A DNA stretch of 64,000 nucleotides, taken from NCBI GenBank assembly GCA_002269645.1, contig NIVC01003798.1:1-64000 (forward strand), in the 5' to 3' direction. A program made the translations under genes and the position numbers. Origin of the DNA: Macrostomum lignano. Its lineage: Eukaryota. The notes beneath the pieces were generated by a model. It saw only the letters and a program-made list of their open reading frames with translations, was not told the DNA's origin and made no database searches. This document shows positions 24,401-36,168 of this stretch, in pieces (positions within the stretch are counted from its first letter, which is position 1; the number at the start of each line of letters is the position of its first letter).

Positions 24401-25338
24401 GTTCTCTTGGCTTGGACTGTACTTTCAATGTAGGGTGTTTCAACGAAGCTTTGACATTCGGCTTCCACGGTTTCCTGTTGAAAACCTACGCATGCATCAA
24501 TTAATTTGGTTGGTTCTTTTGGAACGCCAGCTTTTAGCTGTTTTGCTTTTTCTGGCACTTCGATGATTTCGTCTTCAATGAAGGTGCCTGTTGCGGTGAC
24601 CATGAGCGACGGTGTTGTGACCAGTACATTGCTTGTAAAGTATTCTAAGTTTACTGTCGCTGTTTCGGTGCTGCTTTTATCTATCGCGAATCGGCTCTCC
24701 GTGTCCCGCGTCAGCGATCTATCCGCAGGCTTACAAGCAATGCTGGCCTCGATTGTGCGCTGGCGACCAATAGCATTCCCATCGGCAAAAGCTCGTTCGA
24801 AACGAAGCTCCGTCGTCGCCAATGTCGGTAGTTCGGTTTGACAATCAACACCGACTGTCTCTATCATTGGTTGCCTTGACGTCGCAACCTTGAAGCTTTG
24901 CCGACTGTCCAGCTGATCTGTTGACTCTTCGTCTTTGGCTACTGTCCAATCAGCTGACGTTGCGTTGACAATCGGATGAGGGCACTTCTGTCTAAGATAT
25001 TCCTTCACTTCCTCCTCGTTTTCTTCAATGTAACTGTAAACTATGCTAACAGTTTCGGCGCTGTGCGTTGGTTGAACACTTTTCTGATGGGCGTTGCTTG
25101 AAAATGCGTCCACATGCTTTGACCAGTCTTTGTCTTTGTCTTTATCTCTATCAGTCGCCACGTCGGTTTGAGTGGCGCAGCTTGTGACTGACTTGCTGCT
25201 GGGCCAGTGCTCGCTAAGCCTGGAGTGCTGAACAGTCTCCGACATTAAGTTGTACGTGAGCATGTCACGTCTGTCTGCCTCCCAACCAGGCCTGCGCTCG
25301 TTACTGACGTCTCTGTCGAGTCGCGAAGCTACTGCTTC
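15499..25338 (-). CDS. ~9.8-kb terminal exon of plakin B (~3,280 aa if three 1-bp deletions are corrected)
   Basis: Acceptor TTTTATAG|GAA at 25338 is in frame with ORF 22087..25263. Four overlapping minus-strand ORFs are joined by single-C deletions near 22125, 20824 and 19078. Stop TAA at 15499-15501. Confidence 0.8.
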
Positions 25339-28300
25339 CTATAAAATTTCATTGGTTTCGCTTTAGTTTCCTCAGAAAATCTATATTTTTGAGCTTGATT
25401 TTTACGTACCAGAACATCGCTTTGCCTAGCGGACGAGGCTCTCGATAGAGGACTGTGGAACTGCCATTCGTCTATTCTAGCCTGAAGCTCTTCTATTTGG
25501 GACATGCTGTCGCTCTGGAACTGGCTGTAAGAGTTTTGATAGACAAATTTAAGAGGCCATAATAAGCTCACTGACTACTAAGAACTACTGAGAACTATCT
25601 GAGAACTACTGAGAACTACTGAGAACTACTGAGAGTTACGGAGAACTATTGAGAATTACTGAGAACTATTGAGAACTACTGAGAACTACTGAGAACTACT
25701 GAAAACTACTGAGAACTACTGAGAACTACTGAGAACTACTGAGAACTACTGAGAACTACTGAGAACTACTGAGAACTACTGAGAACTACTGAGAACTACT
25801 AAGAACTACTGAGAACTACTGAGAATTTGAGCTCCTACGGCAGCTCGATGCTAAGAATTACTCGAAGACAGCAAGGTGGTAGCTTAGTACTAACCAACTT
25901 TGGTTAACTTTGAAACAATAGGACTGCTCGTCAACCGAAACAATTACCCAGATAGAAAGCAACGCGAAGGCTTTTTTCAAGCTTACTTCATAGCGCTGAA
26001 TTCCGACAGCACATTAGTAGTCTCTTTCAACAGAGTCCGTTGATCCGGGGTGGAAAAATCGACCTGCTCCCTCAGGTGCTTCCAGTGTTTTAGGTGGTCC
26101 ATCAGTTTCTGCAGCAACGATTTTTGTCGCGATAGCTCACTCTCTCGGACAGCGCTCTGCTCCTCGGAGTCTGATTCGAAATTCGGGATTTTATTGCTTG
26201 TTGTTTAACACTGAAGACTGTTACTAATAGGTAATGTGCTGCAAATTTATTCTGTTTACTTTTATTTAAAATGGCCTAGATTTTTTTATTGGTTACAAAT
26301 TTTTATATCTGAAGGAACAGTCACACCAGGAATCCAACTTGGCATCAGATTCTATTCAGAAATGGCGTTCACCATCAGATCTGATTCAGAAATGGCGTTC
26401 ACCATCAGATCTGATTCAGAAATGGCGTTCACCATCAGATCTGATTCAGAAATGGCGTTCACCATCAGATCTGATTCAGAAATGGCGTTCACCATCTGAT
26501 CTGATTCAGAAATGGCGTTCACCATCTGATCTGATTCAGAAATGGCGTTCACCATCTGATCTGATTCAGAAATGGCGTTCACCATCAGATCTGATTCAGA
26601 AATGGCGTTCACCATCAGATCTGATTCAGAAATGGCGTTCACCATCAGAAATGGCATTCACCATCAGATCTGATTCAGAAATGGCGTTCACCATCAGATC
26701 TGATTCAGAAATGGCGTTCACCATCAGATCTGATTCAGAAATGGCGTTCACCATCAGATCTGATTCAGAAATGGCGTTCACCATCAGATCTGATTCAGAA
26801 ATGGCGTTCACCATCTGATCTGATTCAGAAATAGCGTTCACCATCAGATCTGATTCAGAAATGGCGTTCACCATCTGATCTGATTCAGAAATGGCGTTCA
26901 CCATCAGATCTGATTCAGAAATGGCGTTCACCATCAGATCTGATTCAGAAATGGCGTTCACCATCAGAAATGGCATTCACCATCAGATCTGATTCAGAAA
27001 TGGCGTTCACCATCTGATCTGATTCAGAAATAGCGTTCACCATCAGATCTGATTCAGAAATGGCGTTCACCATCAGACCCGATTCAGAAATGGCGTTCAC
27101 CATCAGAAATGGCATTCACCATCAGATCTGATTCAGAAATGGCGTTCACCATCAGAAATGGCATTCACCATCAGAAATGGCATTCACCATCAGAAATGGC
27201 ATTAAACATCAGAAATGGCATTAAACATCAGAAATGGCATTCACCATCAGAAATGGCATTCACCATCAGAAATGGCATTCACCATCAGAAATGGCATTCA
27301 CCATCAGAAATGGCATTCACCATCAGAAATGGCATTCACCATCAGAAATGGCATTAAACATCAGAAATGGCATTCACCATCAAAAATGGCATTCACCATC
27401 AGAAATGGCATTCACCATCAGAAATGGCATTCACCATCAGAAATGGCATTCACCATCAGAAATGGCATTAAACATCAGAAATGGCATTCACCATCAAAAA
27501 TGGCATTCACCATCAGAAATGGCATTCACCATCAGAAATGGCATTCACCATCAGAAATGGCATTCACCATCAGAAATGGCATTCACCATCAGAAATGGCA
27601 TTCACCATCAGAAATGGCATTCACCATCAGAAATGGCATTCACCATCAGAAATGGCATTCACCATCAGAAATGGCATTCACCATCAGAAATGGCATTCAC
27701 CATCAGAAATGGCATTCACCATCAGAAATGGCATGCATAATCAGAAATTACATTCACCATCAGAAATGGCATTCACCATCAGAAATGGCATTCACCATCA
27801 GAAATGGCATTCACCATCAGAAATGGCATGCATAATCAGAAATTACATTCACTATCAGGTTCCATTCAGAAATGGCACCCACACCCAGATCCGAAAAAGA
27901 TACGATAACGATAAATATTGTCATGAAAAACTGAGCACGTGGTCTCAGCAGCTCACCGCAGGCGACAAGATTATTACGAACAACTCGCAGCGCATTCATC
28001 AACTGCTGTCGACCTTCGACGTCGATCAGGATGTCACCAGAGGCTCGTTCCAGGTGGTTCAGAAACTCCCGAACTTGAGGCAACAGTTTAGAGAACACGG
28101 GCTGAAATTTCCAAGCGTATCAATTGTTGTTTTCTACATGATTTATAAACACTACTGGCTAAATATCAAGGACTTACCACTGAACCGTGGCCGAGGCTTC
28201 GCAAATAGGCGGTGTAACAGCTGACCAGCCAGGCCCTGGATTTGCTGAGCAGGGCCGCCCACGCGTTCAACAACTTCTTGCGAATGCTGAAATGCATTAC

Positions 28301-31300
28301 ATGGATACAAAGTACGCCTTGAGGTGATTCCAATTCAGACATGCTATGCCCAATCATATTCTGTAATCTAACGTGAACTATAGAACATTTTTTTCTATCT
28401 GGAATGCGCAGCGCATGGCTTGTGCGACAGTAAATATCCCATTTCATAAACACCAATGAAATGGGATCATTATATAGGAAACATGCACATGAATATATTA
28501 GCGTTCAGGGCTCATCCGCCTCCTCCCAGCTCACCTTCTGAATTCCTAGTCTAGACTAATCCACCTAGAAGATATCCAGAGTTACGAGTCACCGATTCGA
28601 CAAAAGCCAAATGACTTTTGTCCTACAAGATCTTAGGAACAAACCCAAAAAGTATCTCATCCTACAGAATCTTAGGAACAAACCCAAAAAGTATCTCATC
28701 CTACAGAATCTTAGGAACAAGCCCGCTACAGAGCATCTCATCCTACAGAATCTTAGGAGCAAGACCGCAACAGAGCATCTCATCCTACAGAATCTTAGGA
28801 ACAAGCCCGCAACAGAGCATTTCATCCTACAGAATCTTAGGAGCAAGACCGCAACAGAGCATCTCATCCTACAGAATCTTAGGAACAAGCCCGCAACAGA
28901 GCATCTCATCCTACAGAATCTTAGGAGATATCCCACAACAGAGCAAACAAAAAATGAGTGTGACAGCTGATCTGAGCAAATCACCGAGGTCACTTACACG
29001 AGAGCCACTTCCCCAGACTCTGTGTCGGGTGGCGGCAGCCAGATGCAGATGCTGGGCACCTCCATCACTGTGCCGTCAGTTTTTCGCACCTTCCAGGTCA
29101 ATGGCTTCGTATTGTCAAGGACCGCGACTTCTTCCGAATCCAGCAACGTGTTCTGTAGGACGAACGAACGTTGGAGTTTACAGAAAAAACTCTTGTAAAC
29201 TTATAAAGACTACATTTACTCTCGTATAAACACTCATACAGTGTAAACATTCTCCTACAAGATAAATACTTGTACGATACTACATGCCTTCTTCGAATCT
29301 TATTACAGGACATTATGAAACATCATCGAATATTTTAACAGTGAATTCATTCGACGATATTCTTAAAAACTCTCCGACAGTAATAAACACTCTCCGACAC
29401 TACTAAACACTCTCCGACACTACTAAACACTCTCCGACACTACTAAACACTCTCCGACACTACTAAACACACTCCAACACTACTAAACACCACCGACAAT
29501 AATTAACACTCTCCGACACTACTAAACAGTCTCCGACACTACTAAACACCCTCCGGCACTACTAAACACTCTCCGACACTACTAAACACTCTCCGACACT
29601 ACTAAACACTCTCCGACACTACTAAACACTCTCCGACAAATGGCACTCTCACCTCTCCGTCATCAAACCGGAAGATGTTACGTCCCGGATGAGGCGTCTC
29701 CAGCGGTTGATTGCGCCGGTAAACCGGGACAATTCGATGACTGCGCGACACGAGCTGGTCAGCTCGCTGCCATAGCATGAGGAAATTCGAAAAATTGTCC
29801 TGCAAAATAGGGAGAAAAAATAATAACATTTTTTACTTCCATAACTGTTCAATACTTTTTATATGCTATATTGCACAAACATTTAGTGCTAAAGCCCCTG
29901 GTGCTAAAGCCCCTGGTGCTAAAGCCCCTGGTGCTAAAGCCCCTGGTGCTAAAGCCCCTGGTGCTAAAGCCCCTGGTGCTAAAGCCCCTGGTGCTAAAGC
30001 CCCTGGTGCTAAAGCCCTGGTGCTAAAGCCCCTGGTGCTAAAGCCCCTGGTGCTAAAGCCCGTGGTGCTAAAGCCCCTGGTGCTAAATCCCCTGGTGCTA
30101 AAGCCCGTGGTGCTAAAGCCCGTGGTGCTAAAGCCCGTGGTGCTAAAGCCCCTGGTGCTAAAGCCCCTGGTGCTAAAGCCCCTGGTGCTAAAGCCCCTGG
30201 TGCTAAAGCCCTGGTGCTAAATCCCCTGGTGCTAAAGCCCGTGGTGCTAAAGCCCCTGGTGCTAAAGCCCCTGGTGCTAAAGCCCCTGGTGCTAAAGCCC
30301 CTGGTGCTAAAGCCCCTGGTGCTAAAGCCCCTGGTGCTAGAGCCCCTGGTGCTAAAGCCCCTGGTGCTAAAGCCCCTGGTGCTAAAGCCCCTGGTGCTAA
30401 AGCCCGTGGTGCTAAAGCCCCTGATGCTAAAGCCCCTGGTGCCATGATTTGCTACTTTCCAGTCCTACAGTTATTATGTATCCTTGGAAGATCCTCCGAA
30501 TCCTTGGACTTTGGCCACTTTACAGTCGCATCAATCTCCACGTTAGAAACTCACACTCAAGACCGTGTTCATCCGCTGCATAGAGCTCAGCTGTCCTGTT
30601 GGCGGAATCGAACCAATGACTTGAGCGTTAGTCAGCTTTCGCGAGTTGATCAGTCCGTCCAGCTCGTTGGCGTCGTGGTAGAACGAGTGATAATCTGCCG
30701 AGTTCTTCAGGTGCAGCTGGGTCAGCTCGGCGAGCCGAGTCACCCATTCCCAGGTCTGCAACACCTCACTGCTGATTAGCTGTTGAATGCGAATTGTGGG
30801 GGTGATGGCCAAGCCTTTGAGTTCTTCTTCTACAGAAATTAAGTAAAAAAAGTTGCTCAATTTCCCAAGCAAGATTGAAAGAAGAGATGTACTCACAGCT
30901 GCTCAAATCCCCAAGGGCAAAGTGAAAGAAGAGATGTACTCACAGCTGCTCAAATCCCCAAGGGCAAAGTGAAAGAAGAGATGTACTCACAGCTGCTCAA
31001 ATCCTCAAGGGCAAAGTGAAAGAAGAGATGTACTCACAGCTGCTCAAATCCTCAAGGGCAAAGTGAAAGAAGAGATGTACTCACAGCTGCTCAAATCCCC
31101 AAGGGCAAAGTGAAAGAAGAGATGTACTCAAAGCTGCTCAAATCCCCAAGGGCAAAGTGAAAGAAGAGATGTACTCAAAGCTGCTCAAATCCCCAAGGGC
31201 AAAGTGAAAGAAGAGATGTACTCACAGCTGCTCAAGTCCCCAAGGGCAAAGTGAAAGAAGAGATGTACTCAAAGCTGCTCAAATCCCCAAGGGCAAAGTG

Positions 31301-32365
31301 AAAGAAGAGATGTACTCACAGCTGCTCAAATCCCCAAGGGCAAAGTGAAAGAAGAGATGTACTCACAGCTGCTCAAATCCCCAAGGGCAAAGTGAAAGAA
31401 GAGATGTACTCAAAGCTGCTCAAATCCCCAAGGGCAAAGTGAAAGAAGAGATGTACTCACAGCTGCTCAAATCCCCAAGGGCAAAGTGAAAGAAGAGATG
31501 TACTCAAAGCTGCTCAAATCCCCAAGGGCAAAGTGAAAGAAGAGATGTACTCAAAGCTGCTCAAATCCCCAAGGGCAAAGTGAAAGAAGAGATGTACTCA
31601 CAGCTGCTCAAGTCCCAAGGGCAAAGTGAAAGAAGAGATGTACTCAAAGCTGCTCAAATCCCCAAGGGCAAAGTGAAAGAAGAGATGTACTCACAGCTGC
31701 TCAAATCCCCAAGGGCAAAGTGAAAGAAGAGATGTACTCACAGCTGCTCAAATCCCCAAGGGCAAAGTGAAAGAAGAGATGTACTCAAAGCTGCTCAAAT
31801 CCCCAAGGGCAAAGTGAAAGAAGAGATGTACTCAAAGCTGCTCAAATCCCCAAGGGCAAAGTGAAAGAAGAGATGTACTCAAAGCTGCTCAAATTCGCAT
31901 ATCCTCCTTGTCCCCCCAGTCCCCCCTAGGCGACGCCCCCCCCCAGACTCACCCTGCCGCTGCTGCTGTCGAAGCTGGAGGCCGCCGCCTGTCCTTGAGA
32001 CAAGCCGATGGCCTGATCGGCAGCCCGGCGACACGACTCAGACAGGACGTCCTCGAGGCTGGCTATCTGGCGCAGGTAGGCAATGGCGCTCTGATTGCTG
32101 GCCACATCGCTCCGTGCTTTGTTGAACCGCTCGGCATAGGCGCTGCTGACTGCCGCATCGTTCAATTTGGACAGCCTGGCGTCCAACTCGTCGATTTGGT
32201 TCAGCAGAATCTTCTGGTCGATGTCCTGCTTCCGTAGGGCCTGCTGACTGCAGCCCAGCCGGCTGCTGGCGATGGAGCCGGCATGGACTGACAACCAGGC
32301 GTCGGCGGCTGCAGCGGCAGCAGCTTTCGGTGCTGCTGCACTTATCAACGAGGCCAGGTTGAATT
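15499..32365 (-). CDS. Plakin-domain gene B with a giant repetitive terminal exon (>=~3,780 aa; start exon not found)
   Basis: Exons 32365-31953, 30779-30555, 29799-29653, 29152-28998, 28286-28178, 28101-27957, 26170-25987, 25524-25410 and 25338-15499. All junctions are GT-AG with matching phases (0,0,0,2,0,1,2,0). Plakin peptides: VLQTWEWVTRLAELTQLHLKNSADY; SH3 MEVPSICIWLPPPD; LLNAWAALLSKSRAWLVSC. Confidence 0.82.
15593..16215 (-). repeat. Coding 69-bp (23-aa) repeat, 9 copies (VTRREGTALESTDSVSSARAQLG)
   Basis: Counted in ORF 15499..19074. Confidence 0.96.
16905..24283 (-). repeat. Coding tandem array of 171-bp (A, 57 aa) and 138-bp (B, 46 aa) units, ~46 units
   Basis: Unit A: MRYKDEPKLEACASSLEFSFEHGSARAASVVKEASVQVNQPVGAMGAFDEVLTADGG. 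Unit B: MRYKDEPKLEACASSLELEYEAAGIQVKQAVSEMGSCEQILTADGG. Counted from the ORF translations: ~30 A and ~16 B. Confidence 0.97.
25570..25826. repeat. 10-bp minisatellite (GAGAACTACT), plakin B intron 7
   Basis: Seen directly. Confidence 0.96.
26345..27875. repeat. Compound 30-bp/19-bp minisatellite, plakin B intron 6
   Basis: AGAAATGGCGTTCACCATCAGATCTGATTC grades into AGAAATGGCATTCACCATC. Confidence 0.96.
28620..28935. repeat. 42-bp minisatellite, plakin B intron 4
   Basis: About 8 units of CTACAGAATCTTAGGAACAAGCCCGCAACAGAGCATCTCATC. Confidence 0.94.
29369..29638. repeat. 20-bp minisatellite (CTCCGACACTACTAAACACT), plakin B intron 3
   Basis: Seen directly. Confidence 0.95.
29885..30442. repeat. 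15-bp minisatellite (GGTGCTAAAGCCCCT), plakin B intron 2
   Basis: About 37 units. Confidence 0.96.
30852..31893. repeat. 47-bp minisatellite, plakin B intron 1
   Basis: About 22 units of GATGTACTCACAGCTGCTCAAATCCCCAAGGGCAAAGTGAAAGAAGA. Confidence 0.97.
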
Positions 32366-32597
32366 CTGACAGGTGAGAGAATTAAATATCATAATTTAAT
32401 TAGTCTCGCTTCTGGGAGGAGGACCGGTGCCGCCCACGGGCCCTGATGCATACAAATGATCACGCTATAGACGGAATTGTTCGTCAGAGATTTTGTTAGC
32501 CAAGGGGGTCATTTTGGAGCCCCAGGTACTCAAATTAGGTGTCATCTCCTCAAGTGACAACCCTGAAACGAACGGTTGTGACTAGCCCCTGAAAGGA

Positions 32598-33058
32598 CCC
32601 TGACACACTTGTAGCGGCACCCCTGACACATTTATAGCGGCACCCCTGACACATTTATAGCGGCACCCCTGACACATTTATAGCGGCACCCCTGACACAT
32701 TTATAGCGGCACCCCTGACACATTTATAGCGGCACCCCTGACATATTTATAGCGGCACCCCTGACACATTTATAGCGGCACCCCTGACACATTTATAGCG
32801 GCACCCCTGACACATTTATAGCGGCACCCCTGACACATTTATAGCGGCACCCCTGACACATTTATAGCGGCACCCCTGACACATTTATAGCGGCACCCCT
32901 GACACATTTATAGCGGCACCCCTGACACATTTATAGCGGCACCCCTGACACATTTATAGCGGCACCCCTGACACATTTATAGCGGCACCCCTGACACATT
33001 TATAGCGGCACCCCTGACACATTTATAGCGGCACCCCTGACACATTTATAGCGGCACT
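32598..33058. repeat. 23-bp minisatellite (CACCCCTGACACATTTATAGCGG)
   Basis: About 20 units. Confidence 0.97.
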
Positions 33059-33745
33059 CCTGATACATTTTTAGTGGCCTTTCTGACACCCTATCGAGGC
33101 ATCACTAAAATAACTCCTTTAAAATGGCGCTCCTGACACCTAAGTGGTGCTGACGCCCATTATAATGCACAGTCCGATTTTCAACTCACCTCTGTCAGAA
33201 GTTTATAGTCGAATTAAACTTGCTCTACCAACAAAATCTTAGATTTCGATTTTCTTTTGAAAACAGTCGATTCGTTCAGACAAGAAATATATCTATCAAT
33301 AGTTTCAAAAATATTCTTAGAAAAGAATTCGCTCCAAGCGAAATGAGGGCCGGACAAATGAACTGCCCTGAGGGTTGTTCATAAATATGGAAACTCAAGC
33401 TTCTTGCTTAACCATATGCAGAGTTGAAACCCTCAGTCCAACAGGAGTGAGTGCCTCTACGAATCGCTGCGTAGTGAGACAAAAAATATAAGAATGCAAG
33501 ACCACGTGAGAAAGAATAATCGAGACAGAGATTCTGGTTACAATAATGGAGAGATAGAGATTGCTTGCGATGGGTCATTCGGTAAAAAAACTGCAACCCG
33601 GCGCACTCTTCTTATTTTGCCCCCCCCCCCCCTGTCTGTCTGTCTGTCCGCGCGATAGCCACACGCAGCAACATCTTATAAAGTTTCCACCCGAAACCAG
33701 TAGTGGACGGTCGTCAAGTATTTTCTCAGCGGCCCGTGCTATTCT

Positions 33746-34223
33746 ATAAAGCTAGGATTAGGATAAAGCTAGGATTAGGATAAAGCTAGGATTAGGATAA
33801 AGCTAGGATTAGAATAAAGCTAGGATTAGGATAAAGCTAGGATTAGGATAAAGCTAGGATTAGAATAAAGCTAGGATTAGGATAAAGCTAGGATTAGGAT
33901 AAAGCTAGGATTAGGATAAAGCTAGGATTAGGATAAAGCTAGGATTAGGATAAAGCTAGGATTTGGATAAAGCTAGGATTAGGATAAAGCTAGGATTAGG
34001 ATAAAGCTAGGATTAGGATAAAGCTAGGATTTGGATAAAGCTAGGATTAGGATAAAGCTAGGATTTGAATAAAGCTAGGATTAGGATAAAGCTAGGATTA
34101 GGATAAAGCTAAGATTAGGATAAAGCTAGGATTAGGATAAAGCTAGGATTAGGATAAAGCTAGGATTAGGATAAAGCTAGGATTAGGATAAAGCTAGGAT
34201 TAGGATAAAGCTAGGATTAGGAT
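33746..34223. repeat. 17-bp minisatellite (ATAAAGCTAGGATTAGG)
   Basis: About 28 units. Confidence 0.97.
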
Positions 34224-34782
34224 TGTCAATGCTTTTTCGAGACTCTTAATTAAGGAGTTCAAGAGTGCAAAAGTTATGAATATGGATGCTATATGACACA
34301 GGGAGTCAGGAGTGAATTGAACAGCATTAAGAGTAACTCAAGGGGTGCTCCAGCTCCTAAGTCAAGAGTAAGTTCAAAGGGTCGATTGACAATCTTAAAT
34401 CAATTAAATGAGTCAGGAGTCAATGAGTCAATGAGAAAAAAAAAATGAGTCAATTTTTTTAAATATTTCAGGTCTAGATCTACATGTACGAGTAAATAGT
34501 ATTTCTTTGTAATTGATTCATAATTAAAACTAGCAATCTAGTGCCCCTCTTCAGGGCGCTCAATAGGCAAGGAGCAAAATTATTCATGGAAAACATTTAA
34601 AAAAGCACATTTTCTTTTCTTAAGCACATTTCCTTCTTCAGTTTTATAAATCACCTTATTCGAGTAAAATTGTCACGGACAAGGATGTTTGCTGTGAATC
34701 TCTTTCTTTTTTTCTAAAATTAGCAGAAAGACAACAAAATACAGCATTCACAAAGATAACAGACATTCCCCCTAAATAGAAA

Positions 34783-35375
34783 AACATCCCAAGATAGCAA
34801 GCATCCCCCAGATAGCAAGCATCCCCCCAGATAGCAAGCATCCTCCAGATAGCAAGCATCCCCCCAGACAGCAAGCATCCCCCCAGATAGCAGCAAGCAT
34901 CCCCCAGATAGCAAGCATCCCCAGATAGCAAGCATCCCCCAGATAGCAAGCATCCCCCAGATAGCAAGCATCCCCAGATAGCAAGCATCCCCAGATAGCA
35001 AGCATCCCCCAGATAGCAAGCATCCCCCAGATAGCAAGCATCCTCCCAGATAGCAAGCATCCCCCAGATAGCAAGCATCCCCCAGATAGCAAGCATCCCC
35101 CCAGATAGCAAGCATCCCCAAGATAGCAAGCATCCCCAGATAGCAAGCATCCCAAGACAGCAAGCATCCCCCAGATAGCAAGCATCCCCCAGATAGCAAG
35201 CATCCCAAGACAGCAAGCATCCCCAGATAGCAAGCATCCCCAAGATAGCAAGCATCCCCCAGATAGCAAGCATCCCAAGACAAGCAAGCATCCCCCAGAT
35301 AGCAAGCATCCCCCAGATAGCAAGCATCCCCAAGACAGCAAGCATCCCCCAGATAGCAAGCATCCCAAGATAGCA
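34783..35375. repeat. ~18-20-bp minisatellite (CAGATAGCAAGCAT + variable C run)
   Basis: Seen directly. Confidence 0.96.
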
Positions 35376-35942
35376 AGTCTCGGTTTTTTTATTGTTTTTT
35401 CAAGCATTTTCAAATATAAAAATGGTTGGCCAGGTGATCGACGCTGCTCACTGGGTCAAAGGGTGGCAACTTATCAATGTTGTTGAGTTTATATTTGAAA
35501 GCTTATGAATTAACTAATCATCAGAAAACGGCGTTCTTGGAAAAATTAACTTGATTGATAATATTATACGAAAAACTACGAGATCAATAATAAAGGTCCC
35601 ATTTAGAAGCTTTTTTTTAGCCTTTAAAAGGGTTGCACACATTCTTTCATCACATGGTGTACAATAAATCAACCACGATCTTATCTTATGCTGGTGTGAA
35701 CTAGCCTTGGAAAGTATTCAATAATTACTTTTTCCGACTGTAAATTTAATAGGTAGTTTAATAAAGTAAATTTACGTATTCAATAATACGTAACCTAACC
35801 TGATTCAATTATACGAACAGATAATTATTAAAACTTTTTATCTTTCTTGCAAAAACCGGCTAACAAGTGTGTGTGTGTACTTACTATTACGAGCGTACTC
35901 CACTAACTGACCTTGATAAAGACAAAGTCTAAGCTCTTTCTG

Positions 35943-36046
35943 ATTGGCTGGGGTGGTTCTATACGTATTTGGCGGGGAGGGAGGGGTGGAAAACAATCCG
36001 CGCACGCTCTGACTTCTTTATAGACTGATAAATTTCAGCAGCCAAT
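35943..36046. promoter_or_regulatory. Two oppositely oriented CCAAT boxes with a G-rich tract between them, upstream of the nucleoplasmin-like gene
   Basis: ATTGG at 35943-35947, CCAAT at 36042-36046, GGCGGGGAGGG at ~35971; 120-230 nt upstream of the ATG. Confidence 0.5.
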
Positions 36047-36168
36047 CAGGGCCGATCTGCCTTCAACCCATCCTCCCCCCAAAAAAACGGCATGGCAAAT
36101 CGATTTATAAACATGACTGAACCTAAAATTTAGTCAATTAGAAACTTCAATCTCCAAAAAGCTGCACA

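Noticed and set aside
33746-34223. TTAGG within the 17-bp unit as an interstitial arthropod-type telomere
   Set aside because: TTAGG is embedded once in a 17-mer, not a pure tandem telomeric tract.
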